NCBI GenBank assembly: GCA_032718475.1 | Contig: JAUCBJ010000073.1 | Span: 1 to 64,000, forward strand | DNA: 64,000 bases | Direction of reading: 5' to 3' | Origin: Nemertoderma westbladi | Taxonomy: Eukaryota; Animalia; Xenacoelomorpha | Notes under the pieces: generated by a model | The model's input: the letters and a program-made list of their open reading frames with translations, nothing else | The model's database searches: none | What the model was told of the DNA's origin: nothing | In this document: positions 1 to 12,727 of the stretch, piece after piece | Numbering within the stretch: the first letter of the stretch is position 1 | How the letters are laid out: each line of letters begins with the position of its first letter | Translations under genes and position numbers: made by a program

Positions 1-2026
1 TGAGAAACCCGTTTCTAGGAGAAGGGTAACACCAGTATGTTATACCGACGACGGTGAAAGCCAAACTTCTCAAGGAGAGGACAGCGGGAAAGACACTGAC
101 AGATCTTATTATGTCAATAAAATGCCTAAAGATCAGGTAAGTAAATCCGAGTCTCGACCCAATGACAGAAGGGAACCGGTACAAAAAACCCTTCCTACGT
201 CTCCTAAAAGAATTCAGGTGAGAAAGCCCGAGGAAAGAACAAGTGTGCACCACATAGCACAGGTTAAAGTAAGTAACATCAAGCCGAAATGTGTGCTGTG
301 CGACGGGCCCCACCGTTTAAATGCGTGTGATAAATTCCTGAGGAAATCACTAAAGGATAGACGTGAAGTCATGTGGGATAAGCGGTTGTGTTATAATTGC
401 CTCAGACGAGGACACCAACGGCGAACCTGTAACTCCGACGCAAGGTGTGCAAAGTGCGGCGCGAAACATCATATCTTGTTGCACGCTGAATTCGATCGAA
501 ATAGTCCGAATCAGGTAAGTGATTCCGAGTTACATGTCCAATTCAGTGATGTGAACGACACTGATCAATCTGAGATGGAAGGATTCTATACAGATGAGTT
601 CTCCGACGAAAACGAATCCTGTTACATGATAAATACCGCAGTGTATCGAGCACTCACATATGAAAAGGATCCAGACAACGACTTTACTCTAACTAATTCT
701 GAGCGACAACCATCTTGGAAAGAGCCATCTTCAAATGTAGGGATCCGAGAGTTTCCTGTGGTGCAGGTGAGGGTTCACGGACCTAAGAGGAGTTATGTAG
801 TGAACGCCCTCCTCGACTCCGGTAGTACAGGAACATTCATCGACAAAGAGCTAGCCGAAGATATATTTGCTGGACAACTCAAGTTTCAAACTAAGCTCAA
901 CATGTCTGGCATAATGCAAGTTTGGAAATCTACAATAACAGCTGATTATTATGTAGGCGCGTTGTCCACCCCACAAGACGAACTAGGAGAACACAGCATA
1001 AGGTCAGTGAAAATGGTGGCTATAAAGAACTTCGCTACTACTCAAGCAGACCTTTATAATTGGGACGAGGATGAGAGCATCCAACATCTTAACATACCTC
1101 GATTCCAGACTGATTATCCTGGAGTGCAAATACTCATCGGCCAAAACGCGCATGAGGCGCTGGAGACATTAGAGAAACGGCCTGCTCAACCGCAGCCACT
1201 ACAGACCTATGCGGTAAGAACTAGAGTAGGTTGGTACCTTACTGGACCTTCCGGTAGAACGCTCAGGGAAAGACTGCTTCAAGATCGCGTCTGCCAGATG
1301 AGTGAATGGGAAGATGATACTAGTGAGGGAGACGACCCAACTGAGGGAACACCACACTCCTCAGATAATGACAATCTTAGCTCCAATGTAGATCAATGGA
1401 GATATTGCCCCAAGAAGTTTACTCCAACGGACATCGCTTCCAGAGGAGCAACTCCTCAAGAACTGACAGATACTACAGACCGATTAGGTGAACCCGACTT
1501 CCTGAGTAAGGAGAATGAATGGCCTCCCCATCTTACTCCGACTGAGATTATACCAGCCAAGGGAGCGGAGAAAGTCGAACCTGAAACCCGGACGTGTGGA
1601 TCGGAGTTATTTGAACCCGGGATAGATCTGTCGGTATTACATGTTGCCAGGGACGACGCCGTGGATCTGGGCCTCCCCACCGCGAGTGGATCCTTCATGA
1701 AGATCAGAGAGAGCGATTGGAGCTCTGGAACATCAGACGTCTCGCAGGGACTCTCACCTCTCCTACAGAGAGCGACGGACCACTATAGCTCCTGGAATCG
1801 GCTTTGTGACGCCGTCATCTACTTTGAGCGATGTTTCTATCGTCACTATTCCAGGACGAAGAGGAAACCTGGAATTGTATTCAGGATGCAGCGACTCAAT
1901 CACCCAGTCGGTCGTTTGTGTTTATCAGAAGGGAATGGAGGACTCTCCGGAAACTGTGGAAGGCAAGATTCTCTTCCCACGACCACCTCCCTAATCCTTC
2001 AAACATCTAGGGACTCCATAACGTAA
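1..2026 (+). mobile_element. BEL/Pao LTR retrotransposon polyprotein ORF (gag zinc knuckles + aspartic protease, RT deleted, RNase H C-terminal remnant); frame is open back to the window start
   Basis: Three tandem Cys/His knuckles typical of BEL/Pao gag (CVLCDGPHRLNAC, CYNCLRRGHQRRTC, CAKCGAKHHILLH); protease ALLDSGS, ILIG and TRVGWYLTG; then WRYCP..TPTDIASRG, PDFL...WP and SSWNRL, which resemble the BEL RNase H end and linker. No YVDD RT motif seen. Confidence 0.88.
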
Positions 2027-2044
2027 CAACATATGGAGTGGGTG

Positions 2045-2447
2045 TGTGACTCTATTATTTATATTATTCTATTATTTTTATATTTATGTATGTATTACTA
2101 TGTAATTTTATTATAATCGTTTTATTTAATTTAGTAGAATATTATTTAGCGATTATTTTGTAGAATAGTGCAATATATTCGTGTTTATTACGTACGTAAT
2201 TACTTATATTATATTTAGTGCGACGGCGAAGAAATAATTATTTTTTCTCTTTCCTTACTGTCCGTATTATATTATAAATACGTAACTACAGTAAGATGAA
2301 ATGTCCGTACTTATTAAAGTACAATAAAGCCACTACTATATTCAAGTATTATTGGTAGGCAGAGTATTAGGAATGCAAAGTTCAGATCCTCGTGTCTCGG
2401 CTAAACCAAGCTCTGGGTAGACCTTGGAAACGACTTGCCTCTTCACA
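2045..2447 (+). mobile_element. Probable 3' LTR of the BEL/Pao element
   Basis: Purine-rich ATGGAGTGGGTG just after the ORF, followed by TGT; AATAAA near 2323; candidate end CTTCACA at 2447. The partner LTR is outside the window, so boundaries are unverified. Confidence 0.45.
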
Positions 2448-2542
2448 CTGACATTGCTTCGTGCGATATTGCTCTCATACCGTATATTAAATAATACATA
2501 TAGTAGCGTGATGTCCCTTTAACAGTAGCGTATAACGCAAAA

Positions 2543-2852
2543 TAAATCTGTTAAACCCTTTGACCATCTGTAATTCTAGTCGATTAAGATATCGCGGCAC
2601 CCACCGATATACTTGAAAGACAAATTCTAGAATCAGTGGTTAACGTCCCCAGACAAGTTCTGGAATAAATCGGTGCCCATCTCAAATATTAATTATTTAA
2701 TATTTGCAAATCTAATAAATCAAAATCTGTAAAATTCAGATCCTTCAGCAATTCTAGTCAATTAAGATATCGTAGCATTTACCGATATTCTTAAAAAGAC
2801 AATTGTCATAGAATTAAGGATCTTGTGTCCCCAGACATATTCTAGAATCAAA
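2543..2852. repeat. Diverged two-copy tandem duplication (~180 bp period)
   Basis: AAATCTGT..AATTCTAGTC.ATTAAGATATCG..ACCGATAT..AAAGACAA..GTCCCCAGACA occurs twice in the same order. Confidence 0.7.
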
Positions 2853-5800
2853 ATATGTCAATTTAATTATCAAATAATAAAATTTCAGGGAATAAATTTA
2901 AATTCATGCCTTTTAATGAATTTAATAAATTGCCATTTTTACGCAATTTATAACATTCCCTAAATTCCATTAATTAATAGATCAAGGGAGCGGAGATTTA
3001 TCTTATTATGTGTATGAGTGTGCGAAAGTCTCCCAAACATAGTCAATAGCCGATAAAATTCATAAAGTCATGTATAAAACAGGACATTGACTATTAAAGA
3101 ATTACTATTAAATAACATCCCAGATCTGTATGCATTGGAATCACCCTAATTCTACCGCTAGCTTTGCATAATGTCACCATAGCAACAACCACGCTAGAAT
3201 TAGAATTGAGTTAAACGAACAATAGAAAGCTTGTCCCATTGAATAGCATAGGGAATAAATAGCGCACTACTAGTATCCCAGGATACATACTAATACAGTG
3301 ACATTCTGGAAGGCATTGACTAACGGACAAATGGCCCGAATGTGTGTAATTTGTGACAAGTTGTGTGTGTGGTATTTGTGAGTTTATAGGTGAATGTTAC
3401 TGCTAAGGTGTGTTTACAGTAGCCAGTCGCAATCGTAAAAGTAACCTAACTCTCCAAGGAAAACCTGAAGTACATCTAAGACTTTGGGACGGACAGTTGA
3501 GTGACTTGTGCCGGTTGTCGTTGTCGTTGTGCGGCTACGTCGTTGGCGAAAGTACAGAGGCGACGACACATCGGCGCTGAGGATCTCGTACTGTCCGGGG
3601 TTGATTGGGGTAGGCAGCGACGCCCGCTCGCCTAAATATAAACTCATTATAATATGGATAAACTCATATATAGCAGATATGACGGAGTTGATAGAAGATG
3701 GTCTTGGTATCGGGGAGCGATATACTCTACTTTTACAAGCGTTTGTTGATAGCTTAATACGCGGCGACGTTAGTCCAACTGCTGCGAAGGACGATGGTCG
3801 TTATATCGAACCGCCAATGTCCCAAGAGCAGCTCACGCGAGTTGGACTATAGAAAATTCGCTGCTCGATATACGCAGCGTAATGGTACGTATATGGGCTT
3901 CTTAACTAATGGTCATCCTATCGATTTACACAATACGGACTATGTCGACTATATATCCTGCCCAGCGGAGTCGGAACCATAAACTGAAATTCGAATGCGA
4001 AAATTCTATTCGAAATCGACTCGAAAGAAAAGACACTAAAGAAACAAATGGACGCGGTAACTCCAACGTATATTTGGAATTCTTGATAGAAGCATTGTAA
4101 CAACAAATAAATATCACCCGCGTTTACCCTACCAGACGTGCGTCTTTGGTATTATTACGATAAATGCCCTAGACCCAACTAATAAGCGGAAAGACATAAA
4201 CATCCACGTAAACCGAAACTTGTTGACGTATCACCTATGCTCACTCGGCTCGAACGATCCTGGAGTAAACCTACGATCAGAGTCCCGGAATACTCGGTCA
4301 AACCTCCTCATTCCTTAGTTGGACCTCAGACCTGCGATCTTGGTGGTGTCGCGGATCCTCGCGGACTGTATTCACTGTTCAAAGATCTAGTGCTACCCTA
4401 ACAATTAATCGGTAACACTCCGACAGTGATTTCTAGCTAGCCGCCCATCTTACCTAGCCGGATTGTGACGCGGACACCTAATATCACTATCCAACCGTAT
4501 GGTCGTCCACGTTTAACGCGATACAACCCCTCATCAAGGGGAAGGAGAGCGTTGTACGAAACGAGTTAAACGCTATTTTATAAAGATCAAAAGGGAAACC
4601 TGCGTTTGTTCAGATAAACGTAAGTTATACCAGTGAGTCCAATCGATAAACGAATTGGCCTTATCTCAATTCGATTGGGAAATCCAGAATCTCTAAGAAG
4701 TTATCGAACTTGGACGATCCTATTCTCTGCGAGAGTTTTTGGATGAACGTATCCAGCTACGAGCGGAGGAAAATCAGCTCGAGGAGAAGCATATCGAAAC
4801 GGCAGATACCTCGACCACAATCCTACACCTTCTGATGCAATCATATTGCACCCTTCACCCAGGAGTTATGGCCCTCCTAGTAAAGTGGCTCCCCCCAAAG
4901 AGAAAAAGACTCTTGCTAGCCTCAAAAAACTGCGTGAACGCCGTCTGCGTAAGAAAGACTAACTGTTTAGAGTATCTTTATGTTTTAGAAACTGTGATTT
5001 TTATATTTTATAGACTGAAAATCCCATTTTCTGGGAGCGGTGTAAAAGCCTTTGCTGAATTGCCCCGTTATTTTTATTATCTTTTACATTAAAATACTCT
5101 GTAGTTGATTTAATAAGTGTAAGAGACCGTATTATTGCTGTATCGGTGTTTTTAGAGGATCTAAGACCTATTTCCTCCGTATGTGTACTGTGAAAGGCAT
5201 ATTTTATGATTCTATGGCAATTCGTGACGCAAAGGGGTGATAGCTACTCTTGAACAGTAGTTACTATGACTACGGTTAACAGCTGACATTCATACGTGTT
5301 GATTTCCTTTGTTCTACGGCGTCTCTCAGTTCAGTCAGCCAATTAGAGCGTTTTTGTGGCTCCTTGTACAGAAAATTTCCGAGAAATGACGCAATGCCTA
5401 TGTGCAGTGTTTACATTCAGTCTTGAGCCAAAGAAAGAACGGCTTGGAAGTATTTTGTGCTGTACTGCTTTTTAGTCGTACACTAGTAGGTTTAATTATA
5501 AAGGGCATATATCCTTTAACCTACCTAAAGACTCTGATGACTGATCATACATGCTGACTGCTGAAACATTGCAAACTCATAACAATCAGTGTTCAGTTGT
5601 TGTTTTATACTGCTATTTACTGTCAGTTCTTCATAATATGGTTGATGAATTATTATATTTGGAATAACGATAAATAACCCCGAAACCCAATGTTCTTGAT
5701 ATACCGAAGGTAAGAGAGAAGGGTTACAGATAAACTATTGTGACTTATGTTAAAGTGGTTTGAAGTGAATCTAATGTTATTTGATAGACCCTACATGAGC

Positions 5801-6414
5801 CAGTCTGTGTTCCTTTTATATGTGACTAAAATCAGTGAAGATCGGCAGATTAGTGTGCAGTATTGTGCAGCATTGTGTATGAGTGAGTCTGTTAAAGAAG
5901 CATTCCTAAAGAATGCGTCATATATGTGGATTATAATTAAGCCATATCGTTGTGAGTAGTTTAAGTCATAACTCTGTTTATATAGATAAAGCGCCACGTC
6001 CTAAAGGAACTGTTAATATTACCGAAGGTGAATAATATTGTCAGAGATTATATAGTACTGTCAGTCGAATAATACATTAGGCTTACATAGCAATAAAATT
6101 AAACCGTCGAACCCAATCTCCCGGGAATATCCAGCGGGTGAATGGTCGCGCACGGATTGGTTTCGACTAGTGTAGTGAATCAAATACTTGTCATAGACTA
6201 AAAGCAGATTTAATATCTAGAAGACATCTTGATTTGGTGGGTTAAACTGCCAAAGGTCTGAAAGCGCGAACAAGGGGGGTGAAACTATCTATGTTTAAAA
6301 TGTCATGCAATCTCATTAAGATTTGTAGAAAAATTGGAGGATTTCCAACTGAATCACGATTAACTATATTCCGATGTAAAAATGATGGGAAAGTTATTGG
6401 TATGTTTTTGCATT

Positions 6415-6660
6415 AAGTGGGTGGTTTTGGTGTAAGTGGGTGGTTTTGGTGTAAGTGGGTGGTTTTGGTGTAAGCCATCCACTGGTTTTGGTGTAAGCCA
6501 TCCACTGGTTTTGGTGTAAGCCATCCACTGGTTTTGGTGTAAGCTATCCACTGGTTTTGGTGTAAGCCATCCACTGGTTTTGGTGTAAGCCATCCACTGG
6601 TTTTGGTGTAAGCCATCCACTTTTTGCATGAAGTGGGTGGTTTTGGTGTAAGCCATCCAC
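6415..6660. repeat. 23-bp minisatellite (CTGGTTTTGGTGTAAGCCATCCA)n
   Basis: Directly visible tandem copies with shorter variants; explains ORFs 6360-6656 and 6413-6616. Confidence 0.92.
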
Positions 6661-7035
6661 TTTTTAAAATTGTTTCTGGATATTTTGATGTTATTTAATC
6701 TGGAGCAGATTGTAATGAGGTTAACTAATCTGGAAAACGGGTTGGTGCTCTTCTACTTCTCGAATTACGGCTGTTTGATCCACGGAGACACATCTCCCCG
6801 GTGGAATGTTTCATATTCTGGTGATCTAACAAAACAAAATATTTTTTTTATATTGGAAATTGATTTCTATAAAATTTAATAATTCTTTAATTTTATAGAA
6901 AAATATTTAATTTCTCAAAATTTACATATTTTTGTAGGTTATTGCTGTAGCGTCTCCTAGGGATAAATTTTGGCATTCTTATAAAACCATTAGTTATCCA
7001 TCTCTCCGATAACATATTAGATTCTACTTAGATGT

Positions 7036-8735
7036 ATAATATGACGTTATTGACGCTTTATCCCGTAACTCTTTGAGAATTTAATTACCTCACCATAATA
7101 TGACGTTATTGACGCTTTATCCCGTAACTCTTTGAGAATTTAATTACCTCACCATAATAATATGACGTTATTGACGCTTTATCCCGTAACTCTTTGAGAA
7201 TTTAATTACCTCACCATAATGACGTTATTGACGCTTTATCCCGTAACTCTTTGAGAATTTAATTACCTCACCATAATAATATGACGTTATTGACGCTTTA
7301 TCCCGTAACTCTTTGAGAATTTAATTACCTCACCATAATATGACGTTATTGACGCTTTATCCCGTAACTCTTTGAGAATTTAATTACCTCACCATAATAA
7401 TATGACGTTATTGACGCTTTATCCCGTAACTCTTTGAGAATTTAATTACCTCACCATAATGACGTTATTGACGCTTTATCCCGTAACTCTTTGAGAATTT
7501 AATTACCTCACCATAATAATATGACGTTATTGACGCTTTATCCCGTAACTCTTTGAGAATTTAATTACCTCACCATAATAATATGACGTTATTGACGCTT
7601 TATCCCGTAACTCTTTGAGAATTTAATTACCTCACCATAATGACGTTATTAACGCTTTATCCCGTAACTCTTTGAGAATTTAATTACCTCACCATAATAT
7701 GACGTTATTGACGCTTTATCCCGTAACTCTTTGAGAATTTAATTACCTCACCATAATAATATGACGTTATTGACGCTTTATCCCGTAACTCTTTGAGAAT
7801 TTAATTACCTCACCATAATGACGTTATTGACGCTTTATCCCGTAACTCTTTGAGAATTTAATTACCTCACCTTAATAATATGACGTTATTGACGCTTTAT
7901 CCCGTAACTCTTTGAGAATTAAATTACCTCACCATAATGACGTTATTGACGCTTTATCCCGTAACTCTTTGAGAATTTAATTACCTCACCATAATAATAT
8001 GACGTTATTGACGCTTTATCCCGTAACTCTTTGAGAATTTAATTACCTCACCATAATATGACGTTATTGACGCTTTATCCCGTAACTCTTTGAGAATTTA
8101 ATTACCTCACCATAATGACGTTATTGACGCTTTATCCCGTAACTCTTTGAGAATTTAATTACCTCACCATAATAATATGACGTTATTGACGCTATATCCC
8201 GTAACTCTTTGAGAATTTAATTACCTCACCATAATAATATGACGTTATTGACGCTTTATCCCGTAACTCTTTGAGAATTTAATTACCTCACCATAATATG
8301 ACGTTATTGACGCTTTATCCCGTAACTCTTTGAGAATTTAATTACCTCACCATAATATGACGTTATTGACGCTTTATCCCGTAACTCTTTGAGAATTTAA
8401 TTACCTCACCATAATAATATGACGTTATTGACGCTTTATCCCGTAACTCTTTGAGAATTTAATTACCTCACCATAATATGACGTTATTGACGCTTTATCC
8501 CGTAACTCTTTGAGAATTTAATTACCTCACCATAATATGACGTTATTGACGCTTTATCCCGTAACTCTTTAACTCTTTGAGAATTTAATTACCTCACCAT
8601 AATATGACGTTATTGACGCTATATCCCGTAACTCTTTAACTCTTTGAGAATTTAATTACCTCACCATAATATGACGTTATTGACGCTATATCCCGTAACT
8701 CTTTAACTCTTTGAGAATTTAATGACCTCACCATA
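7036..8735. repeat. ~60-bp tandem array, about 28 copies, ending at a KDM1B splice acceptor
   Basis: Unit ATGACGTTATTGACGCTTTATCCCGTAACTCTTTGAGAATTTAATTACCTCACCATA(ATA)n; length varies through AT-rich slippage; the last few units carry an extra AACTCTTT; the last unit ends CCATAG at 8736. Confidence 0.97.
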
Positions 8736-8736
8736 G

Positions 8737-8964
8737 GGCCGCGTTCGCGTCATCGTAGTTGGAGCCGGTGTCGCCGGATTGGTTGTTGCTAGGCAACTAC
8801 ATAACTTTGGTTACAGTGTCACTGTGTTGGAGGCTACTGACCGGGTGGGGGGTCGTTGTCGAGACGACGCCCAATGGTCGTCCGAGGGTGCCACGATGTC
8901 GCCCCTTAGCGGACAGTTTGTGTACGGAGTTGTTAATAACCCCATTACCATGTTGTGTCGTCAG
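8737..8964 (+). CDS. KDM1B: Lysine-specific histone demethylase LSD2/KDM1B, internal exon (FAD-binding Rossmann fold)
   Basis: AG at 8735-8736, GTGAGT at 8965; 228 nt, phase 0; [40 protein letters not shown]...[18 protein letters not shown] and NNP match LSD2 as recalled. Confidence 0.93.
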
Positions 8965-9269
8965 GTGAGTTTGTCGCCAATAATTAATATAATCGCCATA
9001 AACTATATTGTCCGACGTTTTATTTCTTAAATCACCTCAGTAAATCTACAAGCTATGATGGACCAGAAGGGCCAATTTGTTTATTTTTTATTTTTGACTG
9101 TCAAATTGGTAAATTTTTTTTTTTTTACCTGAAAAAATAACCAAAAACAAAATTGAAAAACAAAAACAAACCAACAAAAAAATACAAAATTTAGATAAGA
9201 AATGGTTTAATTCGTTTATTTTTTTCTAACCTGGAAAAAAAATAAATAAAAAACAAAATGTTAGATATA

Positions 9270-9516
9270 CCGTGGCTGATTCAGGCCAATTTGATTATCT
9301 TTATTTTCATAAAATTACTAATGTACAGTAATAGAATTCACCTTAAAAGAAATACTAATGTAATAAATACTACACTATCAAAAAATGGCTACTAATGTAA
9401 TATAACTGATTTCAAAAATTAATGCCGGTACTAACTAATGTAATAAAATTCACCTTTTAATTATATTAGTAACTTTAGAAAATAAAGGTATTCAAATTGG
9501 CCTGAATCAGCCACGG
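9270..9516. mobile_element. MITE with TA target duplication (Tc1/mariner-type), nested in the IS3EU-like element
   Basis: TA|CCGTGGCTGATTCAGGCCAATTTGA ... TCAAATTGGCCTGAATCAGCCACGG|TA, a perfect 25-bp TIR; internal TACTAATGTAAT repeats. Confidence 0.9.
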
Positions 9517-11220
9517 TACAGATAAGAATTTGTTTAATTCGTTTTTTTTGTTCCTAACCTGGAAAAAAGTGTATATATTTTATAGCCCTACATTAGATGG
9601 GTACTGGTACTGCAGTAGGTACTTACTTAATAGGCCTAGGTTAGTAGGTCGATCAGTAGGTATCATTATGTGCCATGTGCCAATTACTGAATTAGGCTAT
9701 CTCAGTATCTAGATCTGTAGATTACAGGATTATGTAGACATAGACAGTTATATCGAGTTGAGTACCCGTCTGGCCAGCGCGTGGGCTGGGGGCCAGTCTT
9801 CGCGTCAGAGGGGGCAAAAAGTCCCAAAAGTGGGACAATTTTCGGACAACTCTTCGATTTATCACTCTCAGCGTTTCAAAATGGTTTGGTTTTGGCTATA
9901 ATTTTGAATATAGGTGCCTAAGATGCTATTCTACATGACAGGTCAGAAAAAAAAATGTCGCTATTTAATATTAGTTAATACTAGTTAACAATAAAAAAAA
10001 CTTGTTTGCGCTTAAAACCCTAAGGATTTTACAGTTTTGAATCTAATCACATTAAAGTTTTTTTATATGATAGATCAAAGATGGGGCAACATAACTATCA
10101 GGCGAAATTTTGTGAAAATGATTCTGCACCGCTAGGTGGCGCTGCAAATTTATCCAAATTTTGTAGGTTTGTTATAAATAAATAGTATTAAATTTTATTA
10201 ACAAAAAATTTCGAAAAGTTATCTGTTAGGCCTACTTTTATGCAGGGTGGCTATCTAGACGTAGACACCCACAGAAAGTTTCAGACTGATTGCATAAAAA
10301 TTGTAGAAGTAGTACCGGTAGGGTTTTGAAGTTGACAATTTCATAAAAAATATATTTGGAGATAATCGACCTTTCATTATACATAGTAATAGTAATTTCA
10401 ATAGGAATCCCTAAATGGAAATTGTTATAACTTGAAAACTAAAAGAGTTATTAAATAGCGGTTCCAGATTTGGAAACACCATGTAATGGTGCATTACATA
10501 CAATAGATCATAAAAATATCATATCAAATATCAGAATATGTATATATTACTAGCCATAGTAAGATAATAATTCGTTTACGTAAAACAATTACGGTACGGC
10601 ATACACCCAACACAGTTCAACCAATCACCATCACTCTCATCGGGTTAAACCCTTATTAGGTGGAGGGAAATTTAAAACGTCACTGCGCTTTGTGAGTTTG
10701 CAGTGAAGGTTTTTAGTCATTTCGTTATTCTTACATTTTGAGTACTGAAGGAGGCCAGGAGGCCGATAACGTGTTACTCTTTAAAAAACCTTAGCGTTTT
10801 TATATTAACCAGCCAGACCCCTTAATAACTGTCGTTATTATTTTCAATATATTACTTTGTTAATTGGAAAATGAGGTAAAAAAGGGGAAATAACGGTTGA
10901 ATAACAATAAATATAATAATATTTCGATTTATTAATTAGATTTTTGTTATAGATGGAACTTCCTATAATAACAGGTTTGGCTGCTTCCCCGCTGCCGTCG
11001 ATAAGTTTTCTTATTTCTTGGTGTAGCCGAACTATTAAACAATTCTGTGTTCCGGCATCAACACGCAGTTTCCTGGGCAATGTGTCAGTTAACTGCAGGA
11101 AAGCGAAGTAATTTTGAGTTACGATTTTAGGATTGTTATTGCTGGTCAATCTATCTAAACTAAACTAAGGCTAACTATTTTTCTTGAAAATCCGTCAATT
11201 GCTGTGGCTGCATGGGAGGC

Positions 11221-11397
11221 GATGGGATGGGATGGGATGGGATGGGATGGGATGGGATGGGATGGGATGGGATGGGATGGGATGGGATGGGATGGGATGG
11301 GATGGGATGGGATGGGATGGGATGGGTGGATGGGATGGGATGGGATGGGATGGGATGGGATGGGATGGGATGGGATGGGATGGGATGGGATGGGATG
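11221..11397. repeat. (GATGG)n microsatellite, about 35 copies
   Basis: Directly visible; truncates the transposase-like fragment. Confidence 0.98.
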
Positions 11398-12470
11398 AGG
11401 AAGGGGAATCCGTAAGTTTTAAGTGTATCGAAGCCGGCCTTTGTCTCAGCGATTTTCGCAATCTGTGATTGACAACATCCGGATCTAAATAATTAAGCAT
11501 TAGGTGGACCCTGTTCTGCGGCATATTAATAGAATACTTTGACCATAATAAGTGTTTCATAGCTCGGTAGCCGCAATTCATCGCACCATCCTGGAGCTCC
11601 ATTAGTATTGCAACTAAAACTGTCACCAATGACTTCTCGAAATTCCTTAACTTTAACTGTAGTTTTCTATCAATTATAATCAGACATACTGTACTACCGG
11701 ACAGACAGAGGCACTCAATCATGTATAATCAAAGTAGCAACTATTAAGAATTGGTTTTTGGTTTATTTTTTTCTAGGTTAGAAAAAAATTAACGAATTAA
11801 AGCATTTCTTATGTAAAATTTTGTTTTTTGTTTATTTTTTCAAAAACAATAAATAAACCAATTTTTCTGTCAAAAATAAAAAATAAACGAATTGGCCCTT
11901 CTGGTCCACCATAACAAGCCATACTTAAAGTATAAATCATGATAAATAATATCTTATACCTTTATCATCCCCAATTAACCTCGTGTTTCGTTGGACGACG
12001 TGTATGTGTCCCGTCGTCTGAATATCTAGTTATGGGTTCGAACCCGTATCAGTAGTGAGGTTTTTTGTAACCCATTGACTAAAAAAAATTATAATTAATA
12101 ATTATCGTTATTTAATCAATTATTATTGATTGATACCTATGATGATATTCGTTGAGACCTGCTCGTATCTATTATGGCGATATCCACACTTCTGAGGTAT
12201 CTTTTCATCGAATTCTTTGTGTTAGTTTTATTGTATATTTTAAGCATAATATTAAGATAATGTAAGTTACACAGGCTGGAGGAATATCGAAATGTCATAT
12301 TTTTGAAAAAAATAATATGTATATTGTTTTCATTTTGTTGGTATGTAACATTGTAGCAATACTGGTACTTGGTGACATGCTCATCTGCTAAAATATTAAA
12401 AATAGTTTTAAATTTAGGAAACACTAAAAATTAAATTCTGAACAGGGTATCAGGTCTACCTTTTACCTGA

Positions 12471-12640
12471 GCCGCTAGCTGAATGGTTTAGAGCGTCAGA
12501 CTTTCAACCTGGAGGTCACCAGTTCGACACCCCTCCCCCCCCCCCCCCCCCCCCCCCCAACATCTCTCTCACCGATGCCTTCCCGCATAGACAAGACTGA
12601 CTCAGCGGGTTGGCGGAGCTGAGTCAAAGAATGAACTGAT
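12471..12640 (+). mobile_element. tRNA-derived SINE-like head or tRNA pseudogene
   Basis: A-box-like TAGCTGAATGG, anticodon-arm-like CAGACTTTCAACCTG and B-box-like AGTTCGACACC; no acceptor stem; followed by poly-C and a GACTCAGC/GCTGAGTC hairpin. Confidence 0.5.
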
Positions 12641-12727
12641 AATTGTTGGAAAATGTCGCTTCTATACAAAATACAAATGTTGACCTTTTTTTTCAAAATC
12701 AACTGAAATAAGAATAACAAGTAAATA

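Larger units (their letters stand above)
9054..11913 (-). mobile_element. IS3EU-like DNA transposon, defective, with nested insertions
   Basis: TIRs TATGATGGACCAGAAGGGCCAATT (9054) and AATTGGCCCTTCTGGTCCACCATA (ends 11913); identical 6-bp flanks ACAAGC at 9048-9053 and 11914-11919. TAY..RTA ends with a 6-bp TSD fit IS3EU as recalled. Minus-strand transposase-like fragment GYRAMKHLL..RVHLMLNYLDPDVVNHRLRKSLRQR at about 11430-11620. Confidence 0.8.

Noticed and set aside
5535-5570. Hammerhead ribozyme (CTGATGA...GAAA)
   Set aside because: No credible helix II or flanking helices.
6360-6656. Repeat-protein ORFs on the minus strand
   Set aside because: Translations of a 23-bp minisatellite; the unit is not a multiple of 3.
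7036-8735. CRISPR-like regular array
   Set aside because: No unique spacers, only slippage in an AT-rich junction; eukaryotic intron context; no cas genes.
11184-11468. GMGWD-repeat ORFs
   Set aside because: Translations of the (GATGG)n microsatellite.
12471-12545. Functional tRNA-Glu gene
   Set aside because: No acceptor stem and an imperfect anticodon stem; runs into poly-C.
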